Below are positions 40,361-54,135 of a DNA stretch of 64,000 nucleotides, piece by piece. The notes under the pieces are model-generated. The model ran no database searches. It was not told where the DNA came from and was given only the letters and a program-made list of their open reading frames with translations. The position numbers and the translations under genes are program-made. The DNA comes from the human T2T-CHM13v2.0 reference genome, Homo sapiens: NCBI RefSeq assembly GCF_009914755.1, contig NC_060930.1, one strand, 5' to 3'. Numbering within the stretch: the first letter of the stretch is position 1; each line of letters begins with the position of its first letter.

Positions 40361-42217
40361 TGATAATTATATTTTTGTAGGGTAAAGAAGGAAAGAAAAT
40401 GTTTAACTTTTGAGGTTCATTTTGATGGCCTATTAAAAATCATATGTTCTGCCTCACTGGTTAACCCACTGAGATGACCACATGTTAGGCATGTACTATT
40501 CCATGCACACTATGTTCAACCAAGTGATGTCAAGCTAAGCACTATGAATTAATTTCTTGCAATAGTTCAGGAAGAGAAAGCAGTGGGATCTTGGGTTAGC
40601 ATCCAAGGCGCAGTAGCATGGCCAACCTAAAAGAACCTATACTATTAAAATATTCGAGTCTTAAGCAATGGTTTACCATACCAGAGTAGCAAACAATGGT
40701 TAATTTAAATATTAATTGTAGAGATTTTAAAGTTTTGTGCATTTTTAAACTCTCTATCGCCTAAAGTACCCTAAGATTCTACCTAGTTTATGTTTTTATA
40801 TATTTAAGAAACTGTATAAAATAAAGTAAAACTAGAGGGTCTGTGAAATTGTATTTCTTTAAGTGGGTTGCATACAGTCCTTAAGTTTTAAAAGATACCT
40901 CAAGACATGGAACATACACTTACAGGGGCAGTTTTGGGTAGTATGCCCAGAACAATGTTTAAGTATCACTCATACCTGGGCTCTGAGTTAAGGAAAAGGG
41001 GTTAGTATGTTGGTGTTAGGGAGAAGAGCAGCAAGACATCATCAGAACGGTAAGGGATATTGACAGGTCAATGTTTTATTTTTCAGAATTTGCCCACAAT
41101 GGCCCTTCTTGAGAGCTTAGCCCACCAAACAATTTGTCAAATTATGTTTCTTATCCATTTTGATCTGCCTTCCTCTGTAGCTGTTCTTTGATTGGGTGGC
41201 TACGATGAAACATGGGAGTCAGGGCAGAATTCAAGCAAGTTGGCTACTTTTCAGTCCATTCTGTTGGCAAGATGTGGATCTTAACCATATGGTGAGGCAG
41301 GGTACTTACGTTCATTCTAGAGGTTTATTCATATCTGCCTGCTGCAGGAAATTAGCACTGTTCACACTTGTTTAGCCTTAATAAAAATCTTTTTAGCTGA
41401 AGCACAGGGATAAGGTCACCATCTGCCACATAGAAATGCCAATATCAAATGAGCAACAGAAGGGAGGTATGTTTCATTCTTAGAGACTTTTAGAAAGAAC
41501 TTCAAATAGATTAAGCACTAATTGATTCCCCTCTTTACTAGTTTAGACTGTAATTTACATTTATATTGTGAATTGCATCATAATAGCAGTGAAATCTGTC
41601 AGTATGTCCTGCTTGCCATTCTTAGAAATAGCACTAGAGGTAGCTTTTAAAAATATGAATGCCTTTAAGCTGAAACATATACTGTCTGTGCCAGACACTA
41701 CATGAAACTTAAGTTTAGATGGCTCAGTGAGTATCTTTGAGTTTTTATGAAAAGGCTGATAGATTATGGACTACCAATTACCTTTACCAAAAAGTACATT
41801 TTTGAATAAGAGTATATAATGTTAATGGAATTTATGATTAATTAATTTATTAACAATTAGGAAAAGTTAATGAATACAATGTTTAATCCTGAATTTTAGC
41901 ATGATTAGGTTTTTTTGAGTCCTTGAAAATTATTAGGTACTTCAAAAATCTGGTTCTACCAACAGAATTTTAGTTTCGAAAAGACAAACAAAATCTTAAA
42001 ATAACACTTTATTGTTAGATCTTCGGGTCCTGTGTATTATAGTGAAGGTTTACTTTCCTTTGTTTTCTATGTTCTACAAACAAATCATAATTAATGACAA
42101 CTAGATTAAGAAATTAAAAGAATTTAAAATGGTTATAAATATAACCAGATGTGGAAACTTTTTATAAGTTACATTATATACAAAGGAACAAACTTGTTCT
42201 TTTACTTCTGTTTTGGT

Positions 42218-42499
<282 letters not shown>

Positions 42500-45455
42500 A
42501 GTAGTGTTAAAAATTGAGGCCTGAGACTAATTTTAATGAATTTAACATCCATTTTGCCTCATTCCACCATCTTTACATTCTTTGGTCATATTTAGCCTTT
42601 TGTATGTTATTTGTGGCAGCATACCCTTAATTTTCAGACATGTATTGGCATTTTTATTGAAATAGATTTTCATGCTGATCGTAGCTACAAAACCAGCAGA
42701 TCTTTTTCATTGAGAAAATGAGACACAACTGGCATGTGGAAAACAAACCAAAAAAATGTGTAGTCATGAACCAGAAAGTTGACAGCTTGTTCTCATTTTA
42801 TTTTGGTTTTAAAAACTTGGTTTTACACAATTATACAAATCAGAGAGGAAATGTCTAGACATGTCCAAGCTCTCATTTCTGTTGCTACAGTCACTAATCT
42901 CATTTCTTTGACGTAATTTTTCTCTATAACCTTTACTTTTTAGCAGTCTGTACCATTTAGTCTAACTTTATTAGCATTGATCATGAGAATATCTTATTTT
43001 AACAGGGCTGTAAGTGATATTTGTTAGATGGTTATATCATTTAAATATTCCCTTCTCAGTGAGGGAGAATTTTTTTACTTATATTTTAAGATTAATATGA
43101 GTATGGCATGTTGAAAAACCAGCCTAATCATTTATTATCATGGCGATTTACTATATATGTTTATAAATAGTCCTACATACCAATTAGGTGATAAAACTTT
43201 AATTTGAAGTCTATAAAACAGTAATTTAATTTTTAAAACTAATATTGGTATTTTTGAGTTTTCTAAAAGCTTTTACTGATTAAGTTATTATTTGTAATTT
43301 CGGCATGGTTTTTCATGGGCTAAGTTCAACTCTTTTCTTGCTTACTGGAACAATAAGTAGATTATCAATATGAATGTGCAACTTATCTATTTAATGAATT
43401 AGGTTTTGTTATTGGGGATTTGTGCATACCATTTGTTAAAGGTTAGTGCTTACATGTCTTTTTAACCTTTACCTGTAAAAACTGACAAATACTTCACTCT
43501 TGCGAATTAAATGTAAACATTTGTCATTTTCAATGTTTCTTTATCCTTTGAATTATTTTATTAAGACAATATTTTAATTTCCTGTTTTAAGGTTTTTTAT
43601 TTGAAAAGACTACAAATTTGATAGGCAAAAATCACAGTATATTTAATAGGGAGAAGAGTGGGACTTGTCAACTCCCATAAATCTATAAAGCAACTCATAT
43701 ATCAGCAGAAAATTCAAATAACATTGTTTTAGCCTCCCCTAACATACTGCATGGTAGTCCAATTCCTTCCCTAAGATTTCTGCAAATTTACAAAGGAACA
43801 TGGTGAGTGGGGAAAGGTTATATGCTCAAGTTCATTCTATCAAAGCATTTCTGCTTATTCTGGAGAGGTTTCTGTTATGGATCACTTCAACTCAGAGAGG
43901 AAATCATGTCTCTTCATCAATGCTCACAAATCGACCATTTACACCAGTTATTCTCAAGAGCAGTAAACTTTCCTGATGATGGTAGGAGAGACAAGAGAGG
44001 AGGGTTATATCACATCAATTCAAATGACTGAAATTGGAAGTCAGTCAATCCTGCTATTAAAATATCTGTCAGGATTTCAGTTGGCCTAAACTTCATAGCA
44101 TTCCATTGGCTTCTCTCCCTTTTTCCTCTCTTAGCATCCTATCTTTCTCTTTTGTCAGGATTAAAAAAAAAATCTCATTTTTCTACTACAAAGGAAATTT
44201 TGTTTTTCTACTTCCTACAAAGCCTCACTGTTGCTTTGTTGCTTTGGCTTTCACCTCTGCCAAAATATTGCTTTCTATAGGTTGGTAAGGCAATCTCCCA
44301 GACAAAGAAAATTTCCTCCCTAATGGAAATCCTTGTGCCAGCTGTTAAGTATTAAGATAGAACTTTTATTTTAGTGTGTTACCAAGATTTTTCTTTGTAG
44401 ATTGCCAACTCAAGATTGTACTAGATGCTAAAAAAAGAAAAAAAACTGGGATAAATGCAAAGTGCCTTATTCAGTGGCTTTGCCTCTTCTTCAGTCTTCT
44501 TTTTGTTGGTCCTGGAAATATTAACCCATTAAAAAAGGCAGATCTGTTTTATAATGACAAATATTGGTAAAGAAACATGGGATCAATTGTTGAGAAATTG
44601 AAAGCAGTAAAAAAACCTGAGCATAGAGTAACCATGTAAGTAAGCAAAATGGGGAGTCATGAATAGAGTGTTGACAAATGAGAGTGATATTGGCAAACAT
44701 GAAATTAAAATGTACTTTGGACAAGCCTATCGCTAAACCTGAGGATACTTTTGATGTAAAAACAACTGTGGTCCTGACTGATTTTACTCTAAAGTTCATG
44801 TAAAAAAACATCCTTGGTGACACACTGACATTGATTTCCTTTAGTGTAACTGAGGCCATATACTGTTCTGATATTTTTCAGAAACTCTTTTTAGTTGGGA
44901 TTAGAAGCTAATAGTATTATTTTTGAAACCTGTTTTTTTGTTTTAAATGGAATATATAGGCTGTTTTTGGTATATGAAATTAATGCAGAAGGCTATTCTA
45001 CTTCAGCCAGTGCACTCTAAGCAAATCCAAAAGGAACCCTCATATTTTGCTATAATTAGAGTGACCATTATCAATTAATAATTAAATAGTTCCCACTCTA
45101 CATGTGGAAGTGTGGAGTATATCCATGGAAATATAGAAGTAATGCTCTAGCTATTGATAATACCATATTTAGAAGACATTACTTCTAAGACAGCATTAAC
45201 AAAACTATGCTTTACTATGATTTATTTTTTAAAATTTCCTGTTCAGTTAAAGTTTGTATTTATTTTTACCAATTGAAATGGTAATTTCAGATTATTTTGA
45301 GTATTAATTTCAGATTATTTTGGGTATTAAATACTTAATACTTTCTGATAAATACAATTTAATTTTTTGAACTACAGTAACCAAGATTAACCTAAGAAGT
45401 ATTTTAAATATATTTTGCCATGTAGAAGTGCTTGGTGTTTTATCTAATCAGTGAG

Positions 45456-45823
45456 TGATATGGTTTGGCTGTGTCCTCACCTGAAATCTCTTCTCCAATT
45501 GCAATCCCCGTAATCCCCACGTGTCAAGGGGAGGCCAGGTGGAGGTCATTGAATCATAGAGGCAGTTTCCCCCATGCTATTCTGATGATAGTGAGTGAGT
45601 TCTCACGAGATCTGATGATTTTCTACGTGTTTGATAGTTCCTTCTGCGTTCATTCTCCTTCCTGCTGCCCTGTGAAGAAGATTCCTTGTTTTCCCTTCAC
45701 CTTGCACCATGAATGTAAGTTTCCTGAGGTGTCCCCAGCTATGTAGAACTGTGAGTCAATTAAACCTCTTTCCTTTTTAAATTAGCCGGTTTCTTTATAG
45801 CGGTGTGAAAATGGACTAATACA
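45456..45823 (+). mobile_element. THE1D/MSTA-type MaLR solo LTR with 5-bp TSD
   Basis: tgatatggtttggctgtgtcc ... atggactaataca; flanks gtgag / gtgaa. Confidence 0.9.
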
Positions 45824-45914
45824 GTGAATGACAGCAGAAATACGTCATTGGTTATTATACACACTAGTGAAGTCAAAGTCTAATAATTGTATTCCTCTCA
45901 GTTAAGTAACTTTC

Positions 45915-46530
45915 TCACTTAGATTCATTCCGGCAACAAATATTTATGGAGCACCTACTATTGTCAGGTTTATGCTTAGCACTGGAAACGTAAAATGAGT
46001 CATGTTCCCTCTTCTTAATTGATTTACCTGCTTTATCGACAGGCAAAACAGGGATTATCAGTGATACATCTTTGATAGTAGTATGCTGCCTTGAGTGAAA
46101 TGGGTTGCAAAAGATGGGGATCCACACTGGGCAGTTTGGCTTTCCCAGAGAAGGTTATACCAGCTCGGTGTTAAATAATACGTTCTTGTGAGTGAGACAA
46201 AAAGCGACAAGCATTTTTATGCAGCGAAAACACTGTGAGCAGAGGATTGGAGATAGGATGCAGCCCTGTGTTATCAGAGCAAATCTAGTGGGAAAATTAC
46301 TCTGGAAGTTATAGAAATGTAAAATGTGTGTGTAGAGTAGGAAAGTTTAAGTAGATTTGAGGCACAGAGAAAAAAAGACAGACATGTTAAGAGACTATTA
46401 GACTAATATAGATAAGAAATAGGAGGCCTGAATTGAGGTAGTGGAAGTAGGAAGGAGGAAGAAGTAACGAATGAGATCATTGACTCAGTATGACTTAGGA
46501 TGTAGTGGAAGCAACACCCTCCCACGCACA
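45915..46530 (-). mobile_element. L2 3' region (degraded)
   Basis: attcattc..caacaaatatttatggagcacctacta is the antisense L2 tail; downstream ggaggcctgaattgaggtagtgg is L2-like. Confidence 0.7.
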
Positions 46531-46610
46531 TTGAAAAACAGCTGGTATAACCTTCTCTGGGAAAGCCAAACTGCCCAGTGTGGATCCCCATCTTTTGCAA
46601 CCCATTTCAC
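46095..46610. repeat. Perfect 71-bp inverted repeat with 374-bp spacer
   Basis: 46095-46165 is the exact reverse complement of 46540-46610. Confidence 0.95.
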
Positions 46611-47274
46611 AGTGTTAAAGTTCTTATTTTAACAAATTGTACAATGTGAAACTAAATTTTATTTTTTATTTGGTAGTATTAATAAACAATTATTTACATC
46701 CAACGTGTAATTATTTGTATTCAATGTGTACTTTTATATATTAGCTGTGCAATTTAAAGATGTTGAAAAACTTTACAAATACATAGCAACAACTTTACAA
46801 ATGCATTGTGGCAGTCTTACTTTTTTTTAAATCAGATATCTTTCTAAAGCAGTGGTCGCAATTTCTAAATTTTATTTTGTTTCTTCATAGATTTGAACCA
46901 ATACAGAGCTTATAGTGGGGTATTCAATAACTTATGGAATTCTACTCTCTGAAACCTATCTTCAGAATTTTCACTGTGACAGAGGAAGTGCAAGGCAAGG
47001 GACAATGCCATCTCTCATAGTGATTTTTACTAGCAAAGAACATTGATTAAATAAGCAATAAGTTTGGATTATTTGTAGTATGATTAGTAGTGGGTTCAAA
47101 TATGCCACTTCTGAAGCTCTTGAGTTGCCACCCTAGATGTTTTCTGAACCATATTCTTGCTTATTTATGTCTTTTAAACAGAATGTGTATTGTTAATTAT
47201 AATCCCCGTTAAAACTTATCTAACTGAAAAATTTTTTTAACTGTTTCTTCTATTTCCTTTTGTTAGTTTTTATT

Positions 47275-47578
47275 TCATTTTATTTATTTATGTATTTATT
47301 TGAGATAGAGTCTTGCTCTGTTGCCTAGGCTGGAGTGCAGTGGCACGATCTGGGCTCACTGCAACCTCTGCCTCCCCAGTTCAAGCAATTCTCTCTGCCT
47401 CAGCCTCCTGAGTAGCTGGGATTACAGGTGCCCACCACCATGCTCAGCTAATTTTTTGTATTTTTAGTAGAGATGGGTTTCGCCATGTTGGCCAGGCTGG
47501 TCTCCTGACCTCCTGACCTCAGTCCGCCTCAGCCTCCCAAAGTGCTGGGATTATGGGCGTGAGCCACCATGCCCGGAC
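47275..47578 (-). mobile_element. AluS with TSD
   Basis: Alu body; TSD tgttagtttttatt at 47261-47274 and 47583-47596. Confidence 0.95.
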
Positions 47579-48245
47579 CCTGTGTTAGTTTTTATTGATT
47601 CACTTTCCCTTTCTCCTCAACAGAAGAGTTATATAAAGTAGGGCATTAATATGAATATTTTGCCAACATAAGATTATATTGAAAGATATTGGGCAGCCAG
47701 TTAGAGTGTTGTATAGACTTTTCTAAGCATATGGAAATATGTCAGCATTGGTTTATAACCTGAATCTTTTTTCTCTTTATAACTTTGTAGTCAACCTTGT
47801 CTTCATTTACAACAGATAGTTTTATGAGTCTACTGATTGCAAAAGACAACAAAGAATAAAATGAGAATTTTAGTAGAGTAGATAATAGTCCCAGTTGCTT
47901 GGCTCTTTTGATAGCACATATGAATAATTCACCATCCATATTTAATAGCATATGTTATACTCCTTAATACATTTATAACCATCTCCTTCCAAAGGGAAAA
48001 CTATCCTGCTATTTGTGGTTTGTTTAGTTTTTCAATGAAAGCTGAAGAGAATGTTGAATATTTGCCCCAAGACCTACTACAGCCTGAATATTACTACTTT
48101 AGCATATTATCCTCCATTGTATTTTCTGAAAAGATTTCCTTGGGGATGCTATCAGAGTTTGTAAAAATGATTTTTAAAACATTTTAAATATTGCTAATTG
48201 ATTCTTACACTGTATTTTTATAACATTTAAAATGTATATATGTAA

Positions 48246-48247
<2 letters not shown>

Positions 48248-48291
<44 letters not shown>
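48248..48291. repeat. (CA)n microsatellite followed by short (TA)n
   Basis: Directly visible. Confidence 0.95.
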
Positions 48292-48924
48292 GGGATATGC
48301 TAAGTTGGTATTTATGTCTGATATGAGGAAATGTCTAGGTAGGTAATGTTAAGATAATATTGAAGCAACCATCTCAAAGGCAGTGAAAGCTTCATGATTT
48401 ATCATTATTGTGAGTTATTGGGATTTTCTTCAGGTGTCAGAGAAATTTGAGGTAAAGTACATTTTTTAACATAGAAAGCCTACTAGATTTTTTTCAATGA
48501 TTCCTGTTTTATTTCAATGCTTAGGTAGATTATATATTTTAGACAAGTATGAAATTATAGGTACAGAATTTATAAGTTCAAAATGCTTCTATTATTGACA
48601 AATAACTTAATCACTGGAAACATTTATCACTTTTATTGGCGTACCTGACAGACAGCAGACTGCTCCGGTCTTGAAGGAATAAGGCTGCAGAGGCATATCA
48701 TAATTCAATTGAAACACATTTCTCCTATCAGGAAAACTAAATAGCATCAAATACCCTTGACTTTACAAAGTACAATGACAACAACCTTGACTAAACACAG
48801 ATCATTTGCTTCAGCAAACGGAATAGGTCTAAGTATTAGTATACTAAATCCTATATCTTACTCCAAATGATGTAAACTAGTTATATATTTAGAATAATAT
48901 ATTGTGCAGGGAATTCAGCAAAGA

Positions 48925-49060
48925 GATAACTCAGTTTCTTCACTTTATAGATGAGAATATTTAAGTATCATAGAGGTTAAATTATTTTCCTCACATGAAG
49001 CAGCTGGCTAGTGGCTAAGTGGGGCTATATCACAAGACTGTGATTCCAGTCCAGTCCAGC
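48925..49060 (-). mobile_element. MIR fragment
   Basis: cactttatagatgagaata..agaggttaaattattttcc. Confidence 0.6.
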
Positions 49061-51019
49061 ATTTCTTTTGCATTGCATTATAATTATTTTTAGGCATAAT
49101 AAATTAACTTTAATACTTTTTCTTTAACCTTCCAAGCATAAATATTTTTCTTTATAGGAACTTTGTTTCACTTTTAAGAACTACTAAATCACTAAGTACA
49201 AAACATATTTGTGACAATTTTGGGGAACTTTGTGATATTTATATAAAATATGTTGATAAGCTTGTATGTTAGTCATTTGTTTAAGTCATTAATTCTGAAA
49301 AGTAACTCTTACAGAATTTAGAAAAGGATTTGCACCATAAATATTAGTAGAGTTGATTACAACGGTCAGGGAAGTTTTATAGGGATAAGAGCAATTATAT
49401 TGAAATATACTTGGATGATAAAAGATGAATATAAAATGAAAGTCTTTAATATGAATATTTCTTTTACAAAAATACAATTATAGCAACATTTCTGCATAAT
49501 AGGCAAAGAAAAGTGATAGTTCTTCTGAACTATGATACATGATCCAAAGGAGCTTTATATTTTCAATTTATGCTGCAGTTTTTCTGGTTGGTATAAAACG
49601 TAATTAGCAGGCACAGTTGCACCATTGCGCTTTTTTTTTTTTTTAGTAAAACAGCTTTACTTTTTTAAGGGACAGCTGGTGGTATGTCTATAAAGCATTA
49701 TATTAAACCTATGGGTTTCTAGTTATGCTGTTTTATAATTACATGAAATTCAATCAATCAACCTTTTAGTGATGGAATTGGTGAGTATTGGTGAGCCTTA
49801 GTCTCATGTCAAGATTTTCGCTGGGAGAAGAATTGACTGAGGAATACCATGCCTTGGTGTGTTCAGTCTCCTCTCCCTAGAATATTTAACAAGAACAACT
49901 TAAGTAAAATAAAAGCCTTCAAGTGGTGGGAGAAGTGATATCTCCAAGGGAAATAGGCAGTTTGAGAGGATTTGAAGGGAAGAAGTCTGTGAATCAGTAG
50001 TAACCGAGCATTTGTGAGGCCAGCTTTCCATGGGATTATTGTCAGATCAGCATGTCTGTAGCCGAACTTGAAAAGCAGCAGGTAAGGTTGCATGAGGGGG
50101 TGGGGCGGGGGGGGGAAGCTAAGTAGATTATAGAAAGTCTGCCAAATTAAGGGGTTTTCCTTCTGAGCTCTTTATGAGAAGAAGCCACTAAGACATTTGA
50201 GCAAGGAACTATTGTAATGTAGAGCACCTAGAAGATATATTTGTGTTTACTTTAAGCATTAGGACCACCTTAACCAATTCTTTGGTGGATGAAGGGAGAC
50301 CAAATTGGAGGGGGAGAGCCCTTAATGATCTTTTGTTTATTGAAACTAAAAGTGGCTTCAAAAATCAATTTTATCAAATCTGTTTCCACTTTTCAACATC
50401 AATAAATCAGTGGAGCTCTCTGTTAGATATATAATAATCAAGAATAGTTTAGGCTTAGGTAATCAACTTGTAATACTTGCACGTGTAAGATTCTCTGCAG
50501 CAACTGTGAGGTATTTTGATTTACAAGTGTCTCTCTCAGTAACGAAGTATATGAAATAGCACCAAGTCCTGACAAGAATGTAGTTATGTGGAACAAGATT
50601 AAGTCTCTAAATACCCTGTACAAATATTTGGTTATAGCATACTAGGCTTTGAAATCGGGAACTATGGACAGCACTATTATCAGGCAATATTTGTCTTTAA
50701 CTCATGCCTTTACCCCTTTTCAGGCAGTTTCATACATTGGGGAGAATTTAAGGGAAATAAAGGCTGGTACTTTCCCTCAATTCATACCACACAGATGACT
50801 ACTTACTGTGCCTTTGAGTAGAGTCAGTCTTATATTCTGACGGGGTGATATTTTGTCCCAAATGTTTAGTAATAAGTAATGCTTTAGTATATTAATCATA
50901 ATCATGTAACATTTATTGTTTAATAATGTTTTTGCTAGTATGAGATTACAATATCCCAGGCTATTTTTCTTATGAACCATGAGTTTTATTTCCATGAAAC
51001 ACTGGTCTAAAAGTTCAAA

Positions 51020-51190
51020 GACACTGACGATTCTAGGACGGCTGCTTCTCACCAGCCTTACAAATGTGTGCAAATTTCTTCACCTCCTGAGCCTCAGTAC
51101 TACATTTTAAAACTGGAGGTAATATTAGTCCCATCTCCACCACAGTGTTATTGTAAAGATAAAATGAGATCATATGCATGAATGGAAGTC
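51020..51190 (+). mobile_element. MIR fragment
   Basis: cttcacctcctgagcctcagt ... ttgtaaagataaaatgagatcatatgcatg. Confidence 0.7.
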
Positions 51191-51414
51191 ATTATTTTTC
51201 ACTTTTATGAGGATACTTGTTTTCTATTCTTTTGACAAAGAACCTTCAGGGCCATCTTTTAAGATATGAAAATCACCAATATGTATAAAACAAACTACTG
51301 GAAAAACACAGTGCGACTTGCATATACAGTAGTACACAAAATATAATATGACTTACACATAGTAACACACATAATGTGACTTACACATGGTAGCCCCTCT
51401 TGTTTTTATATCAA

Positions 51415-51560
51415 TTTTTTCACTCAACAAATATTTATCAATACTATGTAGTAATTATAGCTTTTTTGTTCTAGTGTTATGGATACAGCATTAAATTTAA
51501 AAAGATCAAACTATTGGTCTTCATGGAGCTTGTCTTTTTGTAGGGGAAAAGCAGACTTAG
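51415..51560 (-). mobile_element. L2 tail fragment
   Basis: cactcaacaaatatttat..actatgt ... cttcatggagcttg. Confidence 0.6.
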
Positions 51561-53884
51561 AATATATATTTTTAAGAATCACATAGAAAATCACACATTA
51601 ACCCTGAGTAAATGTTATTTTATTTTATTAGCAGAAAAAATACTATCCACTACGGGAAAAAAAATCTGTATTTTTACCTTCTTTTGATTTTTGGCTAAAA
51701 ATTATGTTCAGATGGATGTCAACTATAAAGTTACAAGTCTTCATGTTTTTACTTCTATTTAGATTGTATTTGAAAATTGAATATAAAAAAGCTCTAAGTA
51801 GACATGATCAAGTCTTAAAATATTTTAGGCATCATTAGTGCTTCTAATAATAATTTTATAGTAACTTCTAGTCTCCTTATAATCATCCTGCCTTTATTTA
51901 ACCAAATTATTCTGTCTTGTTTAACTGTTATTAAAGAATATAAAGAATGCTTAAGAAAAGCTTTAAAAGTCCTCTCTAGTAGTAGAAGTATAACTTCCAT
52001 AGTTTATGACTCCCAAAGTCAATGCAATGTCTTCATAGGTTACATAGGCAGAGAATGTGAAAGAGGTCATGAGTTGTGGTTTTTTAAAACCTCTTTTGTT
52101 TCATTGTGTAGGAAAATATCTTTATCAGAAGAAGAAAACAGTGTTTATAATTATAATGTAAACTTGTTAAAGATTTTCATGTAAAAGGTGAAGACGAATT
52201 TTGTGTGAGGTTTATCAGAGAGATCATCAAGAGAATTATTTTCACTTTTGGGAATTGTTCCAGTTAATATATTGATCGATAGATGGATGTCTTCATTGGT
52301 TTTGCAGGAACCTGATTTCCAATTTTGCTTTTGCCATAAATGACTTAGGCCACTTTTCCTCTCTGGGCTTGTGTTTCCTCATCTACAACAAATTGCTCAG
52401 CCCAAATTGTATCTAAATTATTTTATTTAGGTTCTCATATTCACAAATAAACACTTTTTTTAATGCTTCTATTTAATTTTCAAAGTTTTTTTTGTTATTG
52501 CATTTCTGATATGGATGACTTTGTAAAAACATAGTAGGTGAGGTTGAAAAAAGACCACAGGGGATGAATGTACAAAAAACATGTAAATAAAACTATTGGA
52601 GTTTTCTTTATAATTCTGAGGGTCTAAGGATCTCACAAGTTATATGCAAGAGAAGCGGCATAGTGTTTTCAGAGATGATTAATATTTAGAAAAATTCAAT
52701 TCTGGTTAAAATAGATTTAGCTAAAGTAATGATAGTTGACTATATTTTAATGGGAAATTTTAAAATGTTACTCTTTTGAATAAATGACCACCAGATTTAA
52801 TTTTTTAATATAAACCTACTTCTAGAATACCCCCCATTCTGCTGTTTTTCAAATGTCAAGTGCCAAAATGTCATAAATATTTAGGGAAGAGGGTTTACTC
52901 TTTGAACAAGGAGATGATACACAGCTTTATTCTGTGAGTAAAAATTGTGATGACAATCATCCCAGACAGATACTATTTTCCAAGTGACCATGGCTAGAGA
53001 AACTTGAAAAGTGGAAACAGGGCACTTGATATTCCATGGGAACTCTCTAATAAGATTTGAAGAAGTGTCTGTAGATCAGTTAATTATTCTATTGTGGAAA
53101 TCCATTCATTTAAAACACAGAGAGCACCCATATAGGCACTTTTATCCTCCCCCCGCCCGCCCACACTGATTCATTCATTTTTATTCTTGAGAATATGCTA
53201 GTATTTTGAAACACTTCCATAGAAGCTGGATCCATGAAAGTATCATTTTGCCAACTATGATAACATAGTGTTAGAATTTTCTTGGTGAACTTACTGATTT
53301 ACTGTGTTTTGTAATCTAGTTGTTGAAGAGTCAAAGAAATTTTTTTAGGGGCTGTTGAAATGACTATCCAGGTTTATCCAGGCAAGTAGTGTTCCTCTGT
53401 AAAACTCTCATTTTCTAAGTATGTGGTATGATTTTAAGGACTCCAGATAAGCTGAAATATCCAGCAATACTTCTCTGACAAGCATTGTGGATTATGAAAT
53501 CCCACCATTAGACAACATATTTTCTAAGGTTAGGCAAATATTTTCTTAGCAGCCTGAAATAAAATAAAGGTACTATATAGATGTATATTTTATCAAGTTT
53601 GAAAATATGACATTCCTTGCTTCTGAAAGAGAAGCATCCAGGTCCAACATTTTAGTATAATTATCAGAGAAAGAAAAAATGTTAAAGTGCTAGTGATATT
53701 TTTAAATGACTATAGCTGTTATCTGAATATTAATAAGAATTAATCTAATTAAGAGTATGTTCAGCAATATGATAGTCTCATAAAAAGACACAGAGGATAC
53801 AGCATGGTCTTTATTTACAACAATTTTTTACTCTTTACAGAAGAATGAAACATAGACATACAGAGATATGTAATAAAAATAAGC

Positions 53885-54135
53885 ACTAAATAATTAAGTA
53901 TTTAGAACTTACTACATATTATGCAACATACTGTGCTATGCTAAACAGCTTTCTTGGGCCATCTCATTTAGTTATCAACAGGGTCCTATAAGTGGGAATA
54001 CTAATACCTCCAGTTTGCATATAAGAAAACAAAGATATAGAAAATTTAAGAAACTTCTCCAAAGATATGGAGCCTACATATATTAGTGAAAGAGTCAAAC
54101 CCTAGGCAGTTTGCCTACCCTGTGCTCTTAACCTC
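53885..54135 (-). mobile_element. MIR
   Basis: atctcatttagttatcaaca ... aaaccctaggcagtttgcc..tgtgctcttaacc. Confidence 0.7.
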
